NCBI GenBank assembly: GCA_963833225.1
Contig: CAWHXD010000019.1
Coordinates: 544,001-608,000 of the forward strand
Source: an uncultured Chloroflexia bacterium
GTDB taxonomy: Bacteria; Chloroflexota; Limnocylindria; Limnocylindrales; CSP1-4
DNA: 64,000 nucleotides
Direction of reading: 5' to 3'
How positions within the stretch are numbered: position 1 is the first letter of the stretch; each line of letters opens with the position of its first letter. This document shows positions 50,140 to 59,496 of the stretch, in pieces. The translations under genes and the position numbers were made by a program. The notes beneath the pieces are model-generated. The model saw nothing but the letters and a program-made list of their open reading frames with translations, did no database searches and was not told where the DNA came from.

Positions 50140-51165
50140 ATGGCCCTCGACCTTGGTGCCGACCTGTTCGGGCGCTCCTTCCTCACGCTCCGCGACTTCT
50201 CCGCGGCCGAGATCGAGCACCTGTTGGCACTCGCCGCCCAGCTCAAGACGGAGAAGCGCGAGCATCGCGAGCATCGCCGGCTCGCCGGCCGGAGCATCGC
50301 CCTCATCTTCGAGAAGGACAGCACCCGGACCCGGATCGGGTTCGAGGTTGCCGCGTACGACCAGGGCGCCCACGTCACGTATCTCGGTCCGTCGGGCAGC
50401 CACGTGGGCAAGAAGGAGTCCGTCAAGGACACGGCCCGCGTTCTCGGCCGCGTGTACGACGCGATCGAGTTCCGAGGCTTTCGGCAGGCTGACGTCGAGG
50501 CGCTCGCGCAGCACTCCGGTGTCCCGGTCTACAACGGCCTCACCGACGAGGACCACCCGACGCAGGTCCTCGCCGATCTGCTCACCATCCGCGAACACGT
50601 CGGGAAGCCGCTCGACAAGGTCACGCTCGCCTACGTGGGTGACGCCCACAGCAACATGGGCGACGAGCTGCTGATCGGCTGCGCCACCATGGGCCTTGAC
50701 CTGCGGATCGTGGCCCCGGAGCCGGTCTGGCCCCGTGAGTCGTTCCTCGCCTGGGCGCGGGAGCACGCCGGGCCAAGCGGCGCCCGGATCACGGTGACCG
50801 ACGAGATCGCGGCTGGTGTCCATGGCGCCGACGTCGTGTACACGGATGTCTGGGTGTCGATGGGGGAGCCGGAGGCCGTATGGGACGAGCGGATCGCCAT
50901 GCTCCGGCCGTACCAGGTGGACGCCGCGATGATGGCCGCGACCGGCAACCCGGACGCGAGGTTCATGCACTGCCTGCCCGCGATCCACGATCTCGAGACC
51001 GAGGTCGGCCGCAGGATGTTCGAGCGCCACGGCCTGACGGCGATGGAGGTCACTGACGAGGTGTTCGAGTCGCCGGGATCGATCGTGTTCGACCAGGCCG
51101 AGAACCGGATGCACACGATCAAGGCGGTGCTGGTCGCGACGCTCTCGCGGGACGGGTTGCGCTGA
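50140..51165 (+). CDS. argF: Ornithine carbamoyltransferase (probably catabolic ArcB type)
   Basis: [46 protein letters not shown]. Confidence 0.92.
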   Translation: MALDLGADLFGRSFLTLRDFSAAEIEHLLALAAQLKTEKREHREHRRLAGRSIALIFEKDSTRTRIGFEVAAYDQGAHVTYLGPSGSHVGKKESVKDTARVLGRVYDAIEFRGFRQADVEALAQHSGVPVYNGLTDEDHPTQVLADLLTIREHVGKPLDKVTLAYVGDAHSNMGDELLIGCATMGLDLRIVAPEPVWPRESFLAWAREHAGPSGARITVTDEIAAGVHGADVVYTDVWVSMGEPEAVWDERIAMLRPYQVDAAMMAATGNPDARFMHCLPAIHDLETEVGRRMFERHGLTAMEVTDEVFESPGSIVFDQAENRMHTIKAVLVATLSRDGLR

Positions 51166-52121
51166 TGCGCGTCGTCGCGGCGCTCGGCGGGAACGCGCTC
51201 CTCCGCCGGGGCGACCCGCTCACCGCGGAGAACCAGCGGGCAAACATCGCCATCGCGGCGCATGCCCTGCTGCCCATCGCCCTGGAGCACGACCTGATCC
51301 TCACCCACGGCAATGGCCCGCAGGTGGGCCTGCTGGCCCTCCAGAACCTTGCGTACCGCCCCGACGAGATCTACCCGCTCGACATCCTCGACGCCGAGAG
51401 CGAGGGGATGATCGGGTACCTCCTGGAGCAGGAGCTCGGCAACCTGCTCCCGGGCCGGCGGCTCGCGACCCTGCTCACGCGGATCGAGGTCGCCCGTGAC
51501 GACCCAGCGTTCATGCGCCCGACCAAGCCGATCGGCCCGGTGTACGAGCGCGAGGAGGCGGAGCGCCTGGCGGCGGAGCGGGACTGGACGATCGCGCCCG
51601 ACGGGGCGAAGTGGCGGCGCGTGGTGCCCTCGCCCGAGCCGCGCCGCATCCTGGAGATCGACGTGATCCGGCAGCTCGTCACGGCCGGCGTGGTGGTGGT
51701 CTGCGCGGGCGGCGGCGGGATCCCGGTGGTCGGCGGGCACGGGGGATACGGTGGCGTCGAGGCGGTGATCGACAAGGATCTCGCCGGCGCGCTGCTTGCG
51801 AGGTCGCTGAAGGCAGACGCGTTCCTGATGCTCACCGATGTCGACGGCGTGTACCGCGACTGGGGGACACCCGAGGCGCAGCTCATCGAGCGGATCGCAC
51901 CCGAGGATCTCGATCCCTCGCTGTTCGCGGCGGGCTCGATGGGCCCCAAGGTCGCCGCCGCGAAACGGTTCGCGGAGACGGATGGTGGGTTCGCCATGAT
52001 CGGGGCGCTCGTCGATGCGGCCCGGATGCTCGCAGGCGAGGCGGGGACGATGGTCACGCCGGCCCGCGCGCCGGTCGCCTGGGACGAGGCGATGATGACG
52101 GCCGCGAGGCGGGCAGGCTGA
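51165..52121 (+). CDS. arcC: Carbamate kinase
   Basis: ALGGNAL, THGNGPQVG, PTKPIG, RRVVPSP, GGGGIPV, VIDKD, GSMGPK. Confidence 0.95.
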   Translation: MRVVAALGGNALLRRGDPLTAENQRANIAIAAHALLPIALEHDLILTHGNGPQVGLLALQNLAYRPDEIYPLDILDAESEGMIGYLLEQELGNLLPGRRLATLLTRIEVARDDPAFMRPTKPIGPVYEREEAERLAAERDWTIAPDGAKWRRVVPSPEPRRILEIDVIRQLVTAGVVVVCAGGGGIPVVGGHGGYGGVEAVIDKDLAGALLARSLKADAFLMLTDVDGVYRDWGTPEAQLIERIAPEDLDPSLFAAGSMGPKVAAAKRFAETDGGFAMIGALVDAARMLAGEAGTMVTPARAPVAWDEAMMTAARRAG

Positions 52122-52178
52122 TCCCGCGCCGGAACCCAGATCCGCAGGCAGAGCGCCGGTCGCGCTAGCATTCGCCGC

Positions 52179-53066
52179 GTGAACACGCTGCCGACGCCCG
52201 ACGCCCTCGACCGCCCGCTTGTCGCCGACGGGGCGATGGGCACCATGCTGTTCGCCAATGGATTGCCCATCGGCGAGGCCCCCGAAGCCTGGCTGCTCAC
52301 CCCCGAGGGGGAGGCCGCGGTCGCCAACGTTCATCGTGGACACGTCGGTGGTGGCGCGGAGATCGTGCTGACATCCACGTTCGGCGCCAACTCGCTTCGC
52401 CTTGAGACCTCGGACGTGCCGGGTCGCTCCGTGGAGATCTGCCAAGCGGCGGTCGCCGCCGCTCGCGCCGGCGCGGGCCTGGACACGATCATCGCGGCCT
52501 CCATGGGGCCGACCGGCGGCCTGCTGATGCCGTACGGGCTGCTCGACGAGGGCGCGGTGCGGGCCACCTATGCCGAGCAGGCCGCGGCGTGCGCGGAGGC
52601 CGGCGTCGCCGTGCTCTGGATCGAGACCATGATGGATGTCAACGAAGCCGTTGCGGCCGTGGACGGGGCCCGCGAAGGGGCTCCCGGGCTGCCGGTCATC
52701 GCCACCATGACGTTCACGCCCCAGGGCCGGACGATGTTCGGCAACAAGCCCGAGGCGGTCGCGGCCGCGCTGGCGGAGCATGGCGTCGCGGGCGTCGGCG
52801 CCAACTGCGGGGAGGGGTTCGCACCCGTCGAGATGGTGATGGCGGCGATGCGCGATGCCGCGCCGGGCCTCCACCTGGTCGCCAAGGCCAACGCCGGGCT
52901 CCCCACCGTGGATGGCGACGGGGCCACCCACTACCCGGCGACGCCCGAGGAGGCGGCCGCATACGCAAGGGCGGTCGCTGACCTGGGCGCCACGATCATC
53001 GGCGGGTGCTGCGGGACCACGCCGGCCCACATCGCGGCGATCGCGAAGGCGGCTGGCGCCCGCTGA
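52179..53066 (+). CDS. Homocysteine S-methyltransferase family protein (stand-alone Hcy-binding domain)
   Basis: DGAMGT, TFGAN, IETM, GANC, NAGLP, GGCCGT. Confidence 0.9.
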   Translation: MNTLPTPDALDRPLVADGAMGTMLFANGLPIGEAPEAWLLTPEGEAAVANVHRGHVGGGAEIVLTSTFGANSLRLETSDVPGRSVEICQAAVAAARAGAGLDTIIAASMGPTGGLLMPYGLLDEGAVRATYAEQAAACAEAGVAVLWIETMMDVNEAVAAVDGAREGAPGLPVIATMTFTPQGRTMFGNKPEAVAAALAEHGVAGVGANCGEGFAPVEMVMAAMRDAAPGLHLVAKANAGLPTVDGDGATHYPATPEEAAAYARAVADLGATIIGGCCGTTPAHIAAIAKAAGAR

Positions 53067-53234
53067 GTTCGGCAGCACGTGTAGGACCGTGCTGGCAGAC
53101 CGCGCCGTGACCAAGGACCACGGAAGCAGGCATTGGCCGGCCTTCGTTCCTGGACCGCCGGGCGGGGGTGGCGCAGCGCCGTCGGCTGGCGACGTGGAGC
53201 GAGGCAGCGCGAATCGGAGCATGGAGCGGGACCC

Positions 53235-53474
53235 ATGAGACTGATCACGATCGCGACCCTGCTCGTGCTGGTCGTGGCGGTCGTCCGCTGGGGCTACGCA
53301 CTTCGCGGGACCATTGGGAAGCCGCCCGAGTGGGAGCCGCCTCGCCTCCATGTCTGGCCGTTCAAGTTCAAGCGAGACGGGTACCGCCGCTACCTCGCCC
53401 TCTGGCTCGTGGCATTGCTGCTCATCATCGCTGCCATCCTCGTCGGTGCGTGGACGCCGTTCGACGTCCGATGA
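53235..53474 (+). CDS. Small 2-TM membrane protein
   Basis: GGAG SD; two hydrophobic segments. Confidence 0.5.
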   Translation: MRLITIATLLVLVVAVVRWGYALRGTIGKPPEWEPPRLHVWPFKFKRDGYRRYLALWLVALLLIIAAILVGAWTPFDVR

Positions 53475-53736
53475 GTTCGCCAAGCTTGACTGGTAGGTCT
53501 GAGGTGGTTGCTCGGCAGGTCAGTGGGGGCCCGCGGTTCGATTGAGCAGCGATGACGCTCAGCCCACCGGTGCCCGTGCGCGGCCAGCCCGACCCCAATG
53601 TCGGCGACCGTTTCCTGGGCACTCTCCGTTCATCGTGTCGATCTGCGGCCGACGGCCCGATTTGACCGCCCATCCCTGCACCTCCTGCCGAACCCGAAGC
53701 CCGCTGAGGCGGTACTCGGCACCCGCTGACGGGCGC

Positions 53737-53850
53737 CAAGTCACTAGCGACTGTGGACCGCGACCACCGATCGGAGGTCCGCGCGGGGCCACGCTGAGGT
53801 GGGTGACCACCTCCTCGTGGCGATCGGGCTGGCCAGTCGCTGGTGACTTG
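53737..53850 (+). repeat. 114-bp palindromic element, left copy
   Basis: Ends CAAGTCACTAGCGACTG / CAGTCGCTGGTGACTTG (16/17 complementary); aligns ungapped to the reverse complement of 54863-54976. Confidence 0.85.
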
Positions 53851-53944
53851 TCGAGGGTTGGTGAGCGCCACCTCGGCTGCGCAACCCCGCAAGCCAGCGG
53901 CCCACCAAAGCCCGTGATAAGCGGGGCGGGCTATACCCCCGCGC

Positions 53945-54769
53945 ATGTCCGACCTCGTCGTGCCCCTCGGCAGCCATTCGCTCGCGATCCGCCTCGGTGA
54001 GCTCGTCCGGGACGCGCGGCGGCTCGCCGGCTGGACGCAATCAGAGCTGGCACGCCGGGCTGCCACGACCCAGTCGGCCATCAGCCGGCTCGAGCGCGGT
54101 GTCGCGCAGCCGCTCGACGTGCTCCTCGTCGATCGGGTGCTGGCAGCGCTTGGGTTCCGCGCCAGCCTCGACATCGAAGGTCGTCACCTTGCAGACCGGC
54201 GCCGGCAGCGCGAGCCCGTGCACGCGAGGATGAACGGATTCCTCGCGGCCAACTTGGAGCGGCGCGGGTTTCGGACCGCCCTCGAGGTCCCGGTCGGCGA
54301 CCCGTCACCACGCGGCTGGATCGACCTGCTCGCCTTCCGACCGGTCGACCGGGCGCTGCTCATGGACGAGACGAAGGGCGACCTCCCCGATGTCGGCGCG
54401 TTCCAGCGCAGCCTCGCCTTCTACGAGCGCAACGCCCGCGAGGCTGCGAATCGGCTGGGCTGGAGCGCGACACGGCTCGTGGTCCTGGGCACGATGCTGG
54501 ACAGCGCGACGATCGCCACGCGCCTGGCGGAGAACCGCGAGCTGCTCGGGAGGGCGTTTCCCTCGCCGGTGGACCGCCTGCTCGCGTGGATCGACGACCC
54601 ACAGGCCCCGGCCCCCTTTGCCTGGACGCTGGCGACATGCGATCCGGCGAGTCGTTCGGCGGCATGGCTGCGGCCACCCATGGTGGGGACGCGCCGGCGA
54701 CCCATCGCCTACGCCGACTATGCCGAAGCCGCCGCCCGCCTGCACCGGGCGGGTCGCCGTCGACGCTGA
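53945..54769 (+). CDS. XRE helix-turn-helix protein with C-terminal PD-(D/E)XK nuclease-like domain
   Basis: WTQSELARRAATTQSAISRLERG; EVPV...GWIDLLA...LLMDETK. Confidence 0.8.
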   Translation: MSDLVVPLGSHSLAIRLGELVRDARRLAGWTQSELARRAATTQSAISRLERGVAQPLDVLLVDRVLAALGFRASLDIEGRHLADRRRQREPVHARMNGFLAANLERRGFRTALEVPVGDPSPRGWIDLLAFRPVDRALLMDETKGDLPDVGAFQRSLAFYERNAREAANRLGWSATRLVVLGTMLDSATIATRLAENRELLGRAFPSPVDRLLAWIDDPQAPAPFAWTLATCDPASRSAAWLRPPMVGTRRRPIAYADYAEAAARLHRAGRRRR

Positions 54770-54862
54770 GCACGTGGGACGCTGTGCCGATGGGCCCCCC
54801 TCGACACGGAACACGCAGGACGGTCTCTGCCGACAGGTCCCCCTCGATGCGGAGCACTGCCG

Positions 54863-54976
54863 CAAGTCATCAGTGACTGGCCAGCCCGACCACCACGAGG
54901 AGGTCGCCGCTGACCCAAGCGTGGTTGCGCGCGGAGCTCCGTTCAGTGGTCGTCGACGGCAGCCTGAGGTGACTTG
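54863..54976 (-). repeat. 114-bp palindromic element, right (inverted) copy
   Basis: CAAGTCAT...GTGACTTG ends; 87/114 identical to the left copy by manual count. Confidence 0.85.
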
Positions 54977-54988
54977 ACGCGGCCTGAT

Positions 54989-55097
54989 CGCCACATGGCC
55001 CCGGAGCGCCACATGGCCCCGGGGCGCCACATGGCCCCGGGTCGACCTGGCCCCGGGTCACCACCTGACGCGGCCTGCTCGCCACCTGGCCCCGGGT
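54989..55097. repeat. 18-bp tandem repeat (3 near-perfect units plus degenerate copies)
   Basis: CGCCACATGGCCCCGG(AG/GG/GT) at 54989, 55007 and 55025. Confidence 0.85.
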
Positions 55098-55109
55098 GGC
55101 AACCGGGGG

Positions 55110-56009
55110 CTACCCCCGCGGTCGTGACCTCGCCGCGATCCGCCCGAGCGCGCCCTCCCAGCCGGCGTCGAACGGCTTGCCGGGCTCGTCGAGGTCGATG
55201 ACCACGGGCGCGTGGTCGGACGGGGTGGGCGGACCCTTGCGCGCCTCGCGGTCGATCTCCGCCCACACAACCCGCGACGCCACCGGCGCCGTCGCATACA
55301 GCAGGTCGATGCGCATGCCCTCGTTCTTGTGGAACATTCCGGCCCGGTAGTCCCACCACGAGAAGCGTCCGCCATCCGGCTGGAACGCGCGGTAGGTGTC
55401 CACGAGGCCCCAGGACCGCAGCCGCGCGAGGGCCTCGCGCTCGGGCTCGGAGACGTGGGTGCCGCCGTGGGCCTTCGCCGGGCTCCAGACATCCAGGTCG
55501 GATGGCGTCACGTTGTAGTCGCCCCCGAGCACGAGCGGCGCGGTCGGCGACTGCGTCTCGGCCAGCCAGCGCGAGAGCCGCTCGAACCAGCGCAGCTTGC
55601 CCTCGTAGAACGGCGAGCCCACCACGCGTCCGTTGGGGGCGTACAGCGACGCGACCCGGACCCCGCCGCACACCGCCGACACCATGCGCGCCTCGTCGAA
55701 CGGGTCGAAGTCGTCCTCGCTCACCGCCACGGACGCCCCAGCGGAGGAATCCCGCACCGCCCCGTCGCCGAAGTTGGTGACCACGTCCTCGACCCTCACC
55801 CGGCTCAGGATCGCCACGCCGTTCCAGCGTCCTTCACCGTGGTGGGCCATCTCGTAGCCCAGCATCCGCATCGGCATCTCTGGCGCGTCGGCGTCGGACA
55901 GCTTCGTCTCCTGGATCAGCAGCACGTCCGGCTCGGCGCGCGCGAGCCACTTCTCGACGGCCTCCTGGCGGGCTTTGAGCGAGTTGACGTTCCAGGTCGC
56001 GATGCGCAT
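55110..56009 (-). CDS. xth: Exodeoxyribonuclease III
   Basis: MRIATWNVNS, QETK, NGVAI, YAPNG, GDYN, FSWWDYR, RIDL, PSDHAP. Confidence 0.95.
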   Translation of the reverse strand: MRIATWNVNSLKARQEAVEKWLARAEPDVLLIQETKLSDADAPEMPMRMLGYEMAHHGEGRWNGVAILSRVRVEDVVTNFGDGAVRDSSAGASVAVSEDDFDPFDEARMVSAVCGGVRVASLYAPNGRVVGSPFYEGKLRWFERLSRWLAETQSPTAPLVLGGDYNVTPSDLDVWSPAKAHGGTHVSEPEREALARLRSWGLVDTYRAFQPDGGRFSWWDYRAGMFHKNEGMRIDLLYATAPVASRVVWAEIDREARKGPPTPSDHAPVVIDLDEPGKPFDAGWEGALGRIAARSRPRG

Positions 56010-56049
56010 GAGACCCCTGACTGCGAGGCCCTGATCCTACCCGGCGACC

Positions 56050-56767
56050 CTACCGCTTGGGCGCCTTCACGACGATCGGCTCGTCGACCCTGCTGAACTC
56101 GTAGGTTGCCGTGAACGTCTCGCTGCTGGTCGCGAGCGTAGGGCCGGAGCCGGACAGCTCCATGCGCAGCGGCGTGCCGTCGGCCGCGATCACGAGCGTG
56201 AGCGACTCGATCCGGCCGACCTTCCCCTCCGCCCGCATCGTGAGCGACTGGTACGTGAACGGGCGGCCGCAGGCGAAGGCCAGCCCCTCGGGTGCGTCGG
56301 CGGCCGGCCCGGTGTACTCGAGGTCGTCCAGCCAGCACAGGAACAACCACGGGTTGGTCACCTCATCGAGCAGCCGCTCGTCCGCCGTGCCCGCCCGCCA
56401 CTTGCCGTTGCCGATCTTGACGAACGTCACCGCACCGACATGGCGCAGCTCGAACGGCTTGGTCCCAGGGCTCGTCACCTTCGCCGCGAAGCCGCTGCCG
56501 GCGACATCGAGGGTGATGGTCGCCTTGATGCCGCCGCCCGTGGTCGAGATCACCTCAACGACGTGGAAGGTGAGGTCCGTCGCGGGCGATGAGCGGTCCG
56601 AATGCCCGGAGGGCAAGGTCGGCCTCTGCGGCACCCGGCAGCGGACTGGCCGGCGGCTCCGGCGGCGGGTCCGTGTACGTCGCCGGCTGTGGGTTGCCGC
56701 CTGCGCCGCATCCGGCGAGCAGGAGCGCCGCAGCGAGGATGGGCGCGGCAGCGCGGGACCAGGCCAT
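56050..56767 (-). CDS. Lipoprotein, beta-rich (LppX/LolA-like fold possible); frameshift near 56580
   Basis: Lipobox LLAGC; C-terminus TYEFSRVDEPIVVKAP typical of LppX_LprAFG-like proteins. Confidence 0.55.
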
Positions 56768-56820
56768 CCGGGCCGGCAGTCGTGCGCCTGACTCCCAGGT
56801 CCGCGTGTCGGTGTGGAGGC

Positions 56821-56929
56821 GCTTGGCCTCCTGGATCCGCAGCACGTCCGGCTCGGTGCGGGCCAGCCACCCCTCGACGGCCTCCTGGCGGGCTTTGAGC
56901 GAGTTGACGTTCCAGGTCGCGATGCGCAT
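56821..56929 (-). pseudogene. xth: Duplicated 5' fragment of xth (about 36 codons)
   Basis: 56821-56930 matches 55901-56010 at 102/110 nt; encodes MRIATWNVNSLKARQEAVE. Confidence 0.9.
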
Positions 56930-56934
56930 GCCGC

Positions 56935-58308
56935 TCAGTGCCCGCCACGCCGGAGCAAACGGCGCGCCCACCGCATCGGTTGGCTGGCGGGGTCAGACGT
57001 CGTCCGGCGGGCGCCGTGGCCTCCGTAGGTACCGAGCGCGGCGACCAGCTCCACCTGTGCCGCCTGGACTGCGGGGTCGGCCAAGATCGGGTGCAGGTCC
57101 CAGGCTCGCAGGCGGGCCTCGTCTTCCGGGCTCATGCGTTGCAGCCATGTGTCGAGACGCAGACGGACGTCGTCGCGGCAGCCGGCGGGCAGCAGGTCGG
57201 CGGACGGGCCGTACCAGCGCGTCAGCCAGTCGAGGTCGGCCGCCGCGGCTTCGGTGCGCGTTGCCAGGCGCCGGAGCACCGGGTGGTCGCCCGTGTATCG
57301 CGCCATCGTCCAGGCGATCACGTTCTCGTGCTTGATGGGGTAGGCCTCGAGCCGGTGCCGGACGCGCGCATCGCTGAGCATCGTGTCGACGACAGCACCG
57401 TCCGGCCAGATCCCCGTCTGAGCGGCGTCGAGCAGCAGCTTCCGAAAGCACTTCCAGCATCGGCCGCATGGCTCGCCGACCCGGCCCCTGATGCACGACT
57501 GCGAGATGGCGGCATACGGCGACCGTCGCACGATGTCCGCCGTTCCCACCTCGCTGACCCCGGCGACCGCCTGGCACATCGGGACCCCGACCGCGGCGAA
57601 CAGTGATCCCCACGACTTGCCCTTGTTGCCCCAGTCCGCGTAGACCTCGTGCCCGACGTCGTAGGCCGACTCGGCGATGAGCCCCCATGCCGCCCCGTTG
57701 AGGTGTTCGATGTCCGCGAGCAGCAGGAGCCCTGCCCCGTTCACCCAGTCGGTGGTGAACCCCACCGGCAGCCGGACATGCTCGACGTCCGATTCCACGA
57801 CGGTGACACGCCGGCCCTGTCGCTCGAGCTCGCGACAGGCATGGAGGGCCGCCTCATCCGAGTACCGCGAGCGATGGACCGCATCCGGCGCGTCGATCCG
57901 GCGCATGAATGATAGGAACGTTGTCTCTGGGAGGACCGCCAGGGCCGCTGTCGAGTCGGCTCCGGCACTGAATGCAAGGCCGACCACACCGTCGACCGGT
58001 GTCGGCCGGGCGGTGAGCGCAGGGTCGACAGGGCCGACGGTGACCCCGAGGACGTTTGCCACGCAGCCGGCAAACGCTTGACTCACACCGCGAGTGACCC
58101 TGAGCCCACTCGAGAACGGGGAGGCAACGAGGATCGCGACCAGCGCCTCCACGTCGGGATGAACATCGGCCGGCCGGATGCGGTCAGGGAGGCGGAACCG
58201 GGCCTGGTGCCGGGCGAGCCGGACCCCGCCAGCCGCGTCGCGATCCCCTGGTTCCGGACGGAGCGCCAGCGTGACCGTGCTCTCGGTGTAGGTCGTGGCG
58301 ACGTGCAC
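56935..58308 (-). CDS. Uncharacterised PP-loop/QueC-like protein (recalled as DUF6395-like)
   Basis: LAFSAGADST PP-loop variant; SCIRG...PCGRCWKC Cys cluster. Confidence 0.6.
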   Translation of the reverse strand: MHVATTYTESTVTLALRPEPGDRDAAGGVRLARHQARFRLPDRIRPADVHPDVEALVAILVASPFSSGLRVTRGVSQAFAGCVANVLGVTVGPVDPALTARPTPVDGVVGLAFSAGADSTAALAVLPETTFLSFMRRIDAPDAVHRSRYSDEAALHACRELERQGRRVTVVESDVEHVRLPVGFTTDWVNGAGLLLLADIEHLNGAAWGLIAESAYDVGHEVYADWGNKGKSWGSLFAAVGVPMCQAVAGVSEVGTADIVRRSPYAAISQSCIRGRVGEPCGRCWKCFRKLLLDAAQTGIWPDGAVVDTMLSDARVRHRLEAYPIKHENVIAWTMARYTGDHPVLRRLATRTEAAAADLDWLTRWYGPSADLLPAGCRDDVRLRLDTWLQRMSPEDEARLRAWDLHPILADPAVQAAQVELVAALGTYGGHGARRTTSDPASQPMRWARRLLRRGGH

Positions 58309-58315
58309 GGATGGC

Positions 58316-59020
58316 TCAGTAGCGCCGGCCGCGTTGCTTGGCGAGGTCGAAGGTCGCCGTGTCGGCCACCGCCATGACCGCCATCGTGCCAGCCTGGACC
58401 GGGTCGCTGACGACGAGGTCCACGTGACCGGGGAGCGATCCGGCCATGTTGAGCGCGATGATCGGGATGCCGACAGCGCGCAGCTCGTCCGCGGCCTGGC
58501 TGATATCGCCGCCCATGATCGAGCCGGCAAGAACCAGCATCCGGGCTCGCTGCAGGTCGGCAACGGCGCGGACGGCGAAGGCGATGTTGTCCTCGCCAAC
58601 GAGCGGGATGGTGTCCACGGAGATCCGCTCGCCACGCAGGTTATGGCGATCGGCCTCGGTGACGGCGCCGAGCGCGACCTGGGCGACCTGCGCGCCCCCG
58701 CCCACGACGATGACGCGCTTGCCGAACACCTTGCCCAGGGGGCGGGTGAGCTTGAGCGCGATCACCTCGCGCAGCGGCTCGAGCGCGCCCACGATCGCGT
58801 GCTCGTCGACGCTCTCGACCTCCAGCTCCACCTCGACCGTGTCATGCGATTCGGGGGCGACCCCGGCAACGCCACCTCGGCGGACCGTGGCCAGGGTGCG
58901 GATCCGGCCGCCGACGGCACCGACCGCCGTCGCGATCGCGCCCAGCGCGCGTGGGTCGTCGACAACCTCGAGGCGGGCGGCGATGGCCGGCGGCAGGGGC
59001 TGGGGGTGCGAGCGCGCCAT
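58316..59020 (-). CDS. ACT domain + DUF5612-type protein
   Basis: DDPRALGAI ACT start; FGKRVIVVGGGAQVAQVA.GA..EADRHNLRGERISVDTIPLVGE, LAGSIMGG, DPVQAG. Confidence 0.8.
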   Translation of the reverse strand: MARSHPQPLPPAIAARLEVVDDPRALGAIATAVGAVGGRIRTLATVRRGGVAGVAPESHDTVEVELEVESVDEHAIVGALEPLREVIALKLTRPLGKVFGKRVIVVGGGAQVAQVALGAVTEADRHNLRGERISVDTIPLVGEDNIAFAVRAVADLQRARMLVLAGSIMGGDISQAADELRAVGIPIIALNMAGSLPGHVDLVVSDPVQAGTMAVMAVADTATFDLAKQRGRRY

Positions 59021-59023
59021 GGG

Positions 59024-59296
59024 CTAGGAGGTGCGCCCGGCGACGATGTCGGAGATCGAGAGCCCCGTAGGCTCCGAGCTGGTGGTTGGATCGTGCTCGT
59101 CGAACGCGATGCCCAGGGCGGTGAACGCCTCGCGGGTTAGTGCGGCGTCGCTCGTGGTCAGCATCAGGGCTCCGTCCGTGTCCTCGGCCACACCCACGAT
59201 GCCCGTGATGTTGACGGCCCGATCAGCCAGGGCCTGGGCAACCGCGGCAAGCGCCCCGGGCCGGTCGTCGAGCTGCACGGTGAACCAGATCGTCAC
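59024..59296 (-). CDS. Small ACT domain protein
   Basis: AGGAGG SD; VQLDDRPGALAAV...L....VNI. Confidence 0.8.
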   Translation of the reverse strand: MTIWFTVQLDDRPGALAAVAQALADRAVNITGIVGVAEDTDGALMLTTSDAALTREAFTALGIAFDEHDPTTSSEPTGLSISDIVAGRTS

Positions 59297-59496
59297 GTGG
59301 AACCTCCTGGCCGCCCATGGTACGCGGGAGGCGCTCCATCCTGCGGTCCGCAGACGCCATCTGGTGGTTCGATGACGGCGACGCAACTCGTTGTCGCTTG
59401 CGCCGACACACGCTGTGTCGATGAGCGCAAGGTCGGCGTTCCCTGGAGGCCGGAGCGGTCGTTCGCAATGTCTCCCTCTCGGACCTCGATCTGATC

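Noticed and set aside
53945-54769. HTH-nuclease as an IS transposase or toxin-antitoxin pair
   Set aside because: No DDE, HUH or serine/tyrosine recombinase motifs, no partner gene and no target-site duplication seen.
54989-55097. 18-bp repeats as CRISPR or iterons
   Set aside because: No spacers, units degenerate quickly and there is no rep gene; simple slippage repeat.
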